Shown here in pieces: positions 18,589 to 27,149 of a stretch of 28,713 nt of DNA (positions within the stretch are counted from its first letter, which is position 1; each line of letters opens with the position of its first letter). The stretch spans positions 1-28,713 of the forward strand of contig JBGTHM010000116.1 of the NCBI GenBank assembly GCA_041746255.1, written 5' to 3'. Under the pieces are notes generated by a model, which saw only the letters and a program-made list of their open reading frames with translations, was not told where the DNA came from and did not search any database. The position numbers and the translations under genes are program-made. Origin of the DNA: Fibrobacteria bacterium (GTDB lineage: Bacteria > Fibrobacterota > Fibrobacteria > UBA11236).

Positions 18589-20256
18589 TTAAACTTCGAT
18601 AGACAACGTGCTACTGCATTCCAGCCCTGAAATTTCCACAACCACCACCTTGTTTTTAATTCGCAGCCCGAATGCCGGGCAATACCAGGAATCTTCCATG
18701 CGCATCTCACCTGTGGATTCCAGAATCAGGGAGCCAAAAGGCGTGCGGATATTAACCTTATGTTCCTCCTGTTCCAAAACGCAGTCGGGATGGAAATGGA
18801 AATAGATTCGGGATGTAAAACCCAAATTGGCCGACAGGCTATCCTGAATTGTCACCGAGTTCGCGGTCAACTCGACTTCGCGCTTATGCATAGGCTGGCC
18901 CGGTAGGCGGCTATAGCCATCATGCATGCCCCGGAAGTGGACGGCCCGGGCTTCTTCGTCCACGGAAGCGGCTACATCCGAGGGCCGCCCTCTCCAACCT
19001 ACCCGATGCGACGACCACCATTCCGCCTGTTCCTGCCTGTCCATCACCAGGGTATTATGCGAAGCCGTGGAGCGGCAATAATCGCGCATGGTTCCACCCA
19101 CATATTCGTAATTGCCCGGATGAACGATAAGCGGTTGACTGTTCAACCAAAGGCAGAAGGAAAGCATATCTCCCTGGGCATGCCCCATTTGATGATCGGG
19201 CCCAAGCGCGCCGCCGTCGAAAATCAAGGTGAAGGGCCCGGTCTCGCCCCGAAAAAATCCGGAAGCCTTCAGTTGGGCGAGAGGGGCCTTGGCTTTGGGC
19301 TCAAAGTCCATCACTTGTTTTCCATAGTCCAACAACAGCGCCGCTTCGGGGGCCGTATCGTAAGCGGAGTCATTGAACAAAGCGAACCGGCCGTCCACGC
19401 TCATAACGTCCAACCAATGCAGGCCCGCGAGCGCGATTAAATGGAACCGGTTTTTCAACCCCGGAAAAGGGTCGTTCTCCACCGGCCAGATATTGAGCAA
19501 GTCCAGCATTCTTTCCAACAGAATGGCGTGGTACATGGGGCTCAGTTCATAATGGCCGCCGTCCGCCAAAAATTGCGCCATCAACTCCGCTTCCACTTGC
19601 GACTGAATGTTTTCTCTCACTTGGCCCACCTTCGGGTCGCCGGCGTCGAGGTAAAAACCCACGAAAGTCAGCGCCAACAGGTTTTCCAGCAGGTGGTTTC
19701 CGTCGAGATGGTATTCCAGGTTGGCGATTAAGTGGGCGGCCTGTTGCGACATCGATTCCAGCACTTCGGCTTCCGGTTGACTGCCGGTCAAGGAATAGTG
19801 TTTGCACCAATTGAAAAGCCGCAGGGAGAGGGGATAGGGCTCCCAACCATTTCCCTTTTGGGATGCCGGGTTGGCGCTTATCCATTTTTTGATCCAGGTT
19901 TCACGGCTTTCTTTCAAATCGAAAATCCAAGTCATGTAATGCAAGTTGTAAAGCCAGAGTTTCCGGGCCGTGGGGTCGTTCCAATCACCGTTGAAACCGC
20001 GGGTTTCATTATTGAAGGTGAAGGTCTTTTGGCCATCGAAATAATTGCGGCTGGTGTTCTTGGCGCGATGGAATTTCGGGTGGACGGGTTGCCAACACAA
20101 GGGAAGCGGTTTTCCGGGGAAGCTCGGTAACACGCGTTTTTTCAGTTGGAAATAGATTTGGCGTAGGCGTAGGTGGCGCAGGGTTTCCCAGAGGACGAGG
20201 GGGGCGGGAAGGGATTTCCGGATTTCCTGGTGGTTCGTGGGTGTGGGGTCATTCAT
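18589..20256 (-). CDS. Heparinase II/III family protein (polysaccharide-cluster type)
   Basis: LWLYNLHY, WEPYPLSLR, LEYHLDGNHLLEN, DGGHYELSPMYH, RSTASHNT. Confidence 0.88.
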   Translation of the reverse strand: MNDPTPTNHQEIRKSLPAPLVLWETLRHLRLRQIYFQLKKRVLPSFPGKPLPLCWQPVHPKFHRAKNTSRNYFDGQKTFTFNNETRGFNGDWNDPTARKLWLYNLHYMTWIFDLKESRETWIKKWISANPASQKGNGWEPYPLSLRLFNWCKHYSLTGSQPEAEVLESMSQQAAHLIANLEYHLDGNHLLENLLALTFVGFYLDAGDPKVGQVRENIQSQVEAELMAQFLADGGHYELSPMYHAILLERMLDLLNIWPVENDPFPGLKNRFHLIALAGLHWLDVMSVDGRFALFNDSAYDTAPEAALLLDYGKQVMDFEPKAKAPLAQLKASGFFRGETGPFTLIFDGGALGPDHQMGHAQGDMLSFCLWLNSQPLIVHPGNYEYVGGTMRDYCRSTASHNTLVMDRQEQAEWWSSHRVGWRGRPSDVAASVDEEARAVHFRGMHDGYSRLPGQPMHKREVELTANSVTIQDSLSANLGFTSRIYFHFHPDCVLEQEEHKVNIRTPFGSLILESTGEMRMEDSWYCPAFGLRIKNKVVVVEISGLECSSTLSIEV

Positions 20257-20644
20257 TGTGATTAGGGAATAATAACAGTATTAGCGATTTTTAATTCTTA
20301 AGTACAAGCTCCGTGTTATCGGGTAGCCGATTCAAGTTGCTCAGCAGGTCAACTAGCCCACCCTTTTTCGTCGCTATACTTAATTCGCGTATAGCGAAAA
20401 CAAGCCAAAATCCCCGGAAATACCCTAAAAATGCCGAAAAATACACATTTAAGCTATACGCAATTTGAGTATACTCGTAAAATCATTGGGGCGCCTCCGA
20501 ACCCGAGCTCCACAGGATCACCCAAAGCCCAGCGTCTTTAAGAGCCGAAATTTGCCCTCATCACCTTGTCTCCACCGTAGCGAAAGTTATTTAGTGAACG
20601 GTGGTCGGTTCTCTTATTTTTTACTCCAAAATGGAGTATTATTC

Positions 20645-20835
20645 CCGGAAAGAGTTTTCCCTGTATTGCTCCAGGTTCTCGAATTCGCAGGGCCCACCGG
20701 TCCGCATTCATGGAAAAATTATGGGACTTTGAAAGGTCGGAAAAATCAAAAACTTTATCACTGCCACTTAACTTCGGATCATAAATATGTTGCGTGCTGG
20801 GAATTCCACAAAAAAACAATCGCCATTAAAAGCCA
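20645..20835 (+). pseudogene. Remnant of a RelE-superfamily-like toxin
   Basis: GP..WKNYGTL...YHCHL...YVACWE motif; no credible N-terminus, and the C-terminus runs into the XRE gene. Confidence 0.6.
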
Positions 20836-21173
20836 CAACCCTGCGATTCAGGCCGGGAACACCCTCTAATGTTGCTTCGGAGATTATTCAGAAGTATGGG
20901 TTCTGGCTGGAATCCGATGAGGCAAGCGTCGAATATGCAAAAACGTCAATTAGTAAGCGGATAGATGCTCGCATGAGTCCCGGCCTCTGGCTTAGGACCT
21001 TGCGTAAAGCACAGGGTTTAAGTCAGGCGCAGCTGGGAAAATTAGTAGACGAAGGCGGCCCTGTTTCCGCTTCGAGAATTTGTGACTGGGAAAAGGAGAG
21101 TCGGGCCATTCCTAAAAAAGCCGCCAAGAAGTTCTCGGCTATTTTCAATGTTCCCCTCGAGAAATTTATTTAA
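20787..21173 (+). CDS. XRE-family HTH antitoxin/regulator; N-terminus possibly chimeric
   Basis: SPGLWLRTLRKAQGLSQAQLG...RICDWEKESRAIPKKAAKKFSAIFNV. Confidence 0.8.
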   Translation: MLRAGNSTKKQSPLKATTLRFRPGTPSNVASEIIQKYGFWLESDEASVEYAKTSISKRIDARMSPGLWLRTLRKAQGLSQAQLGKLVDEGGPVSASRICDWEKESRAIPKKAAKKFSAIFNVPLEKFI

Positions 21174-21197
21174 GGGATTTTACATCTTCCCAACAAA

Positions 21198-21838
21198 TCA
21201 TTGAAAATAAGCCTGTTCCAATGATTTAAGCAGAAATTCCCTTTTCAAAAAACGCTCTTCCTCGGGATTCAGCAGAAAGGGTGCGACGTCCCGCAGAATT
21301 TGCTTCTCGTCCATACCCTGCAGCTTGTTCCGAACCGCCTCGATTACGGATTCCAGAGTTGGAAAAACCAAATCCGCCTGGGTTTGCCGGACCGCAGCTT
21401 GAAAGAGAGGCAGCGATGGGATGATTTTTTTGCGGAGGAAAAAGAATACGTCATAATAATCACGGCCTTTGTCATAACCCCGGAAAAGAAAGGCGTGGAG
21501 CTTGGTGGCAAAGAGAGAGGGTAGATCATAGTGGTTAATCATGAATAAAATGGGTTCCTGGAATAAATACTCCTTCACGACTCCGCCGGCAGGTGGCCGG
21601 GTATCCACTTCTACCTTGATTGAAAGCTTCTCGGTTTTAATCGGCGACAACTTCAGAGAATGAAGCAATCCACCGAAGCGCAAGAAGAAGGAGTCAATCC
21701 TCCCGTAAAGGCCAAATGCCGGCGGTATCCTGCATCGTCCAAGGCTTGGAGCACCAGCCATTGCAGGTATTCCCGCAGGACATTCCGTTGCTGATGAAGC
21801 GGTGCGGCAGCTACAAAAGCACTCAAAACCTCAAGCAT
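21198..21838 (-). pseudogene. AbiEii nucleotidyltransferase toxin pseudogene
   Basis: N-terminal NVLREYLQ..LAFTGG joins out of frame near 21699 to IDSFFLRF..IKVEVDTRPP..LFATKLHA..KGRDYYD; the family RxSEDLDF motif is absent. Confidence 0.85.
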
Positions 21839-22463
21839 GGGGCCTCCCAATTAATTCCAGAACGATGGCCGCTCCATTCCACACCCGCGACGAATTGAAG
21901 CGGAGAAGGGCCTGGCGTAGACGCGTCTTTTTCAATTTATCCAAATTCTGCAGCCGATAACCTTCCAACAGCAGCTCAGCAGTGATGGCCTTCGACTTGG
22001 GAATAGATAGGTGGATGAAGTCGAGAACAGCCTTTTCGGGGGTTGCAAGATAATGCGGCGCGGGCAGATTTTCGCGGGTGAACCCGAAGAAAAAAGCCGG
22101 GTCGACGTGGCGGTATACGAAGTCGCCGAACTCATTTCGGAAACGCGCAGTCTTGAGAGTAGTCACGGATGTGATGCTCTCCACCGCTTCGGGAATAAGC
22201 TCGTAACGGCTCAATGCCCATTCCAGGCTGATGTATGAGGGGCGGTAGAGGGGCTCGGCCAGTTCCAGGGCGGAGAGAGGGCGACGCCGATGGTCGGGGC
22301 CCAAGGTATATAACCCCTTTTTAAGCCGGATGACCTTTCCTTGCCGGGACCAATGCGATAGCTGCACCAATTCGTGCTTGGGTGGCAGCCCTTCCATATG
22401 CAGGTCCTGAGGCCTAAAATAGGGAATACCCGCCATGCGGGTGCGTAGGTCTTCGAATTTCAT
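21831..22463 (-). CDS. AbiEi type IV TA antitoxin
   Basis: GKVIRLKKGLY, PSYISLEWALSRYELIPE, ITSVT, ATPEKAVLDF; overlaps the AbiEii start. Confidence 0.88.
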   Translation of the reverse strand: MKFEDLRTRMAGIPYFRPQDLHMEGLPPKHELVQLSHWSRQGKVIRLKKGLYTLGPDHRRRPLSALELAEPLYRPSYISLEWALSRYELIPEAVESITSVTTLKTARFRNEFGDFVYRHVDPAFFFGFTRENLPAPHYLATPEKAVLDFIHLSIPKSKAITAELLLEGYRLQNLDKLKKTRLRQALLRFNSSRVWNGAAIVLELIGRPHA

Positions 22464-22464
22464 G

Positions 22465-22510
22465 TTTCTGATCCTTATATAATTCTATAAAGACCGGAAA
22501 TAAAGGTCAA
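22465..22510 (-). promoter_or_regulatory. Sigma-70 promoter of the abiE operon overlapped by an inverted repeat
   Basis: Minus strand TTGACC-N17-TAGAAT (22510-22482); imperfect inverted repeat TTTCTGATCCTTATA / TATAAAGACCGGAAA. Confidence 0.72.
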
Positions 22511-22663
22511 GCTTTACCTCGACCGGCGCCTCGCACGCCAACCGCGAAAGCATAAAAACAATGCGCTTGAATTTCTGGGACTAATCCGCGTTTGGAACGT
22601 GGATCCGTCCAAGAAAGCGACAAAAGTACCCCGGTGGTATCGCCTCAAAAACTTAACCCAACC

Positions 22664-23599
22664 CTACATCCGCACACTACCCTTGATAAAATCATCGTAG
22701 GCCAATTTAATCCCCTCCCGCAATTTCACCTTGGGTTGCCATCCCATTTTTTTCAGCCGGGTCACATCCAAAAGTTTGCGGGGAGTGCCATCGGGTTTCG
22801 CGCTGTCGAACACCAGATCTCCGGAAAACCCGACGACGTCGGCCACCGTTTCGGCCAGTTCTTTGATGGTGACTTCCTGGCCGCTGCCCACATTGATGGT
22901 TTCGTCGTCCAAATACTCATTCATCAGGAATACACAGGCATCGGCCAAATCGTCCACGAAAAGAAATTCCCTTTTCGGAGACCCGGTACCCCAGACAATA
23001 AACGAAGAGGTCTTATTCGCCTTGGCTTCATGCACTTTTCGGATAAGCGCCGGCAACACATGGGCGTTCATCAAATCGTAATTGTCGTTGGGGCCATAAA
23101 GATTGGTGGGCATGCAGGAAATGAAGGAAGTATGGTATTGCTTATTATAAGCCTTACACATTTTTATGCCCGCGATCTTGGCCAGGGCATAAGGCTCGTT
23201 GGTCGGCTCCAACTCACCGGTCAACAGACACGACTCCGGCATGGGCTGGGGCGCCAATTTGGGGTAGATACACGAACTCCCCAGGAACAACAATTTCCTC
23301 ACCCGGAAAATATAGGCCGCATGGATGATGTTGGTTTGGATGCAAATGTTGCTGTAAATGAAGTCCGCCGGATAGGTATTGTTGGCATAAATACCGCCAA
23401 CCTTGGCCGCAGCCAGAAAGACATAGTCGGGCTTGGTCGCTTTGAAAAAATCAAACACAGCGGCTTGGCTGGTCAAATCCAATTCCTTAGAAGAATGCCC
23501 GATAATATTGGTATAACCCTGCGCTTGCAGCCGACGGGCTATGGCGCTGCCCACCATCCCATACAACCCTGCCACAAAAATTTTTGCGTTCTTTTCCAT
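22664..23599 (-). CDS. fcl: GDP-L-fucose synthase
   Basis: [66 protein letters not shown]. Confidence 0.95.
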   Translation of the reverse strand: MEKNAKIFVAGLYGMVGSAIARRLQAQGYTNIIGHSSKELDLTSQAAVFDFFKATKPDYVFLAAAKVGGIYANNTYPADFIYSNICIQTNIIHAAYIFRVRKLLFLGSSCIYPKLAPQPMPESCLLTGELEPTNEPYALAKIAGIKMCKAYNKQYHTSFISCMPTNLYGPNDNYDLMNAHVLPALIRKVHEAKANKTSSFIVWGTGSPKREFLFVDDLADACVFLMNEYLDDETINVGSGQEVTIKELAETVADVVGFSGDLVFDSAKPDGTPRKLLDVTRLKKMGWQPKVKLREGIKLAYDDFIKGSVRM

Positions 23600-23842
23600 A
23601 TCGCTTCCCTCTAATCATTCTCTCGAATCTTGATGCAACATTTTAGCCTTTCCGCCCTGTTAAGGGGTAGGAAAACCGTTTAATTATAGGGAATTCCGTG
23701 AGGTTTAACGCCCGTTTAACCAGTTCCAGCAGGCCCGCCATCAAATCCGGCACATCCTCCGGTCGTTTTTCTCCCAATTCTCTAAATCCCGGCTATTTTT
23801 TGGAAAATGCGGTGATTTTACTCGGCAGCAGTTACGATTCCC

Positions 23843-25990
23843 TCACACCCTCATCACCGAATTGGAGGCAATGGACTCCAAAATCCGAAAAGTGCACCGG
23901 GTGGTATTGGCGAGCGATTCAAAAGGAATCGGCGCCGGGGTCTTACCCAACACGGCGTCACAAAAAGCCGCCAGCTCCGCAGCGAAACCCTTGTCCATAC
24001 CCGAAGACTTGAACTTGCTCTTCTTCCCGCTCCGGGTAAAAGTCGTGAGGTGAAAATCCTCGCAAGTAGCGATGCCTCGCCCACTGAACACTTCGATAAA
24101 TTCCTTGGCACAGGACGGATCGCCATTGGCCAGATAATCGATGGTGGATCGCGCGCCATTGGCATGCCGCAAGATGATACTGACATTGTCCTCGTTATAA
24201 TCTCCCGGTGTCTCGAGCACGGTGGCGTAAACTTCTTCCACACCGGCTCCCGCAACGAAAGCGCAAAGATCCACGAAGTGGCAAACCTCACCAATTACGC
24301 GGCCACCGCCCAACTCCGGGTCTTGAATCCAACTGGTTTTGGGAATGGCTCCGGCATTGACGCGATAGCGAATCACAGGTTTCTCTCCAGAAACCTCTAC
24401 CCACTGGCGCAATTTGGCGGCATGCGACGAAAACCGGCGGTTGAATCCAACCATTAAAACAGGTGGATTCGCCTCCCGGGAAATCCCCGCGCTAATCGCT
24501 TCCAGCTCCGCCTCTCTGAGACATAAAGGCTTTTCCACGAAAACATGTTTGCCCGTCTCCAGGGCTTTGAGCACCGCGGCGGCATGGAGATTATGCCGGG
24601 TGGTGATGAATACGGTGTTGACTTCGGAATCGTCCAGCAAAGCGCCGGAGTCGCCGTAGATTTTGCCGATGCCGTACTTTTCCGCCGTCCCCCGGGCCGA
24701 GGCTCCGGTAGCGGTGGCGATGGCTTCGAGGCGTACGTTTTCCATCTTGCCCAGTTTGGGAAGCAACACCGACTTGGCGAAGTTTCCCGCGCCTACCAAC
24801 CCGATTTTTATGGAAGCGGATGTCTTCGCCGGCCCTTTGCTTAAGGTGACATGGCTGGGCAATTGCTTTTGGAAGTCATACTTCAGCAATATGCCCAGAT
24901 AAGGTTCGCCGGCCTTGCCTTCGAATAACGCATAAGCCTTGAGCGCGTCGTCGAAAGGAAACCGGTGCGTTACCAGTTCACCCGGAGTTACCTTCCCGTC
25001 GGCGCATAATTCCAGGAAGGTTTGCATATTGCGCCCTTCGGTCCATCGCACCAGGGAATAGGGGTAGTCGATGCCCTTCTCTTCGTAAACCGGATCGTAG
25101 CGGCCGGGCCCATAGGACATGGACAGCCTGAGGTCGAGCTCCTTTTTATAATACTCATTGCGCGGAATGTTCATGCCCACCATGCCGACAACCACCACCT
25201 TGCCTTTGTAACGGCAGACTTCTCCGGCCAGTTCTATGGGCTGGTTGCTGGAGGTGGAAGCGGTAATGATGATGGAATCCAAGCCATGGCCATCGCTCAC
25301 ATTTTTGGCCATGGAGGCGAAGTTGTCGGTATGGATGGCCCAATCAGCGCCGAGCTTGCGGGCGAGTTGCATTTTCTGTTCGGAGATGTCCATGCAAATC
25401 ACCTTGGCGCCGGAGGCTTTCAAGATTTGCACGGTAAGTTGGCCCAACAATCCCAGCCCCACGACTCCAACGCGATGGCCAAGCTCCACTTCGGCTTGAC
25501 GCACGCCCTGCATGGCGATGGCCCCTACGGTGGCGAAGGAAGCAGCCTCCACATCCAGGCCCTCGGGTAATTTGACCGCGAGGTTTTGGGGAACGTAGTT
25601 GACTTCGGAATGGTTGGCATAACCGGCGCCGCCGCAGGCCACCCAATCCCCGACTTTGAACTGGGAGGCATAGCGGCCGACGGCCATGACTTGTCCGGCG
25701 CAGGAGTAACCCAGGGGGATGGGGTTGTCGAGTTTGGTGAAAACTTTTTCGAGGGTTTGTTTGACGCCCTCTTTTTTCATTTTGGCGACGACTTGGTTGA
25801 CCAAATCGGGGCGGGCCATGGCTTTGCCGACCAGGGATTTCTTGGCCAGGTCGACGAGCATTTTTTCGGTGCCGGCGCTGACCAGGGAGCAGGCGGTGCG
25901 GACAAGGATGCCGTTGTCGTCGCAGGCGGGGGTGGGGACTTCGGTGAGTTCCATTTCACCGGTACGGTAGGATTGGATGATTTGCAGCAT
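23843..25990 (-). CDS. Bi-domain oxidoreductase (MDR/Zn-type dehydrogenase + Gfo/Idh/MocA), polysaccharide-cluster type
   Basis: SLVSAGTE, GLGLLG, SYGPGRYD; second domain GAGNFA, HVFVEKP, VGFNRRFS, GEVCHFVD. Confidence 0.9.
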   Translation of the reverse strand: MLQIIQSYRTGEMELTEVPTPACDDNGILVRTACSLVSAGTEKMLVDLAKKSLVGKAMARPDLVNQVVAKMKKEGVKQTLEKVFTKLDNPIPLGYSCAGQVMAVGRYASQFKVGDWVACGGAGYANHSEVNYVPQNLAVKLPEGLDVEAASFATVGAIAMQGVRQAEVELGHRVGVVGLGLLGQLTVQILKASGAKVICMDISEQKMQLARKLGADWAIHTDNFASMAKNVSDGHGLDSIIITASTSSNQPIELAGEVCRYKGKVVVVGMVGMNIPRNEYYKKELDLRLSMSYGPGRYDPVYEEKGIDYPYSLVRWTEGRNMQTFLELCADGKVTPGELVTHRFPFDDALKAYALFEGKAGEPYLGILLKYDFQKQLPSHVTLSKGPAKTSASIKIGLVGAGNFAKSVLLPKLGKMENVRLEAIATATGASARGTAEKYGIGKIYGDSGALLDDSEVNTVFITTRHNLHAAAVLKALETGKHVFVEKPLCLREAELEAISAGISREANPPVLMVGFNRRFSSHAAKLRQWVEVSGEKPVIRYRVNAGAIPKTSWIQDPELGGGRVIGEVCHFVDLCAFVAGAGVEEVYATVLETPGDYNEDNVSIILRHANGARSTIDYLANGDPSCAKEFIEVFSGRGIATCEDFHLTTFTRSGKKSKFKSSGMDKGFAAELAAFCDAVLGKTPAPIPFESLANTTRCTFRILESIASNSVMRV

Positions 25991-26018
25991 CAGAACTTTC
26001 CTTTCAATCCGAGAAACC

Positions 26019-26306
26019 TTATGCCGCTCTTTTTATTTCCAATGCTTCGTAGGCGGGGAACATAATTATGGCGGGGTGAACATTAAAAGCCATGGCTAAT
26101 TGTTCCGCTCTTCGCTTCCCTATTTCCACCCTATTATTTTCCAACAAACTGAGATTAGTACTTGTTATCCCACATCGTTCCGCCAATTCTTTTTGCGTCC
26201 AACTTTTCAATTCGCGAAGCATGCGAATTACCTCGCCGGTACTGAGATTGGCCATAGGCTTTGCCGGTGCGAAATTCTTTCTGATTTTGGGCATATTTTT
26301 CTTCAT
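26019..26306 (-). CDS. XRE/HigA-like HTH antitoxin
   Basis: GEVIRMLRELKSWTQKELAERCGI..NLSLLENNRVEIGK; start coupled (TAATG) to an upstream toxin remnant. Confidence 0.85.
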   Translation of the reverse strand: MKKNMPKIRKNFAPAKPMANLSTGEVIRMLRELKSWTQKELAERCGITSTNLSLLENNRVEIGKRRAEQLAMAFNVHPAIIMFPAYEALEIKRAA

Positions 26307-26504
26307 TATTTACGTGGTGTAATTTCCAATATGTACACCAAGATTTCTTCTTTTTCTATTAGATTCTTCAGTAACTCGCGGAGGTTCTTCCAAAACATCG
26401 GTGATATAAAAAGGAATGCTGACCCCACCCGCCAGGAAGCAACGCTCCTTCAACTCCCCTAAAGCCAAGGCGACCTGTTCAATGTCATTGTGGGTCGGGG
26501 CCAT
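26305..26504 (-). pseudogene. Chimeric remnant: nucleotidyltransferase 5' end fused to a RelE-like toxin 3' end
   Basis: FLAGGVSIPFYITD..PRVTE (paralog of 9972..10664) stops before DxD. Beyond ~26364 another frame reads LIEKEEILVYILEITPRK*, ending at TAATG. Confidence 0.75.
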
Positions 26505-27036
26505 GAATTTTTCCCTTTATGGTTTCCGCCGCCCAATTGCGTTCACGCGCTCCCCCTATTCGGAGGAGGTCAAGGCACACAAGCAGCTCATACATTTCCC
26601 GATTCTTTAACGACTCCATGGTGGGCTTGCCGCGTACAAACCGCAATTGGCAAGGGTGTATGGGCTCAAGACTGTTACCCTTATGGGTTCCTTGCGGATC
26701 AGGCCAAACATAATCCTGGGTATTGGAATTCCTGAATGTGTCGGCCAAAAAGGGTGCACTATGAGCCGTCGGTATACCCCGAGCGCGCATGCCGATTTTT
26801 GGAGGGAATACATACTTGAAGCCGTGAATGATGAATTCAATGAAGCGTGCTTCAGGTGCATTCCAGGATGCGGACATCCCTTTGCTAAGTAAACCGGACT
26901 CCCGAAGGCGGTTTAATGACAAATGACATTGGGAAAGGGATAACCCTGTTGCCTGGCTTATAGCCGCGTGAGTCCAGGACACCTCAGGGTGGAGCCGGAT
27001 CAGGAGCAGGATGATTATGTCTTGACCTTTTATCAT
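26485..27036 (-). CDS. Winged-HTH protein, paralog of 10648..11181
   Basis: WTHAAISQATGLSLSQCHLSLNRL, EFIIHGFKYVFP, RGIPTAHSAP, YVWP, LDLLRIG. Confidence 0.78.
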   Translation of the reverse strand: MIKGQDIIILLLIRLHPEVSWTHAAISQATGLSLSQCHLSLNRLRESGLLSKGMSASWNAPEARFIEFIIHGFKYVFPPKIGMRARGIPTAHSAPFLADTFRNSNTQDYVWPDPQGTHKGNSLEPIHPCQLRFVRGKPTMESLKNREMYELLVCLDLLRIGGARERNWAAETIKGKIHGPDPQ

Positions 27037-27113
27037 TCTATTTTCTAGAAATTAATATTTTAGGCTAAAATATATAAATAGTCCAATTATTTCTCATTTC
27101 TAGAAAATAGAAT
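27035..27113. promoter_or_regulatory. Pair of 18-bp perfect inverted repeats upstream of the wHTH gene
   Basis: ATTCTATTTTCTAGAAAT (27035-27052) and ATTTCTAGAAAATAGAAT (27096-27113). Confidence 0.7.
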
Positions 27114-27149
27114 TTATTGATTTCCAAAGGGATGGGGTTAAATCCTGTC

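Noticed and set aside
20465..20869. 134-aa ORF as an intact gene
   Set aside because: The N-terminal half runs through operator-like DNA; only the central part looks like protein.
15040..21720. Programmed frameshifting at the AAA_14 (~15060) and AbiEii (~21699) breaks
   Set aside because: No slippery sequence, and conserved residues are missing, so deletion is the simpler explanation.
22592..23614. 340-aa plus-strand ORF
   Set aside because: Antisense shadow of the well-supported fcl gene.
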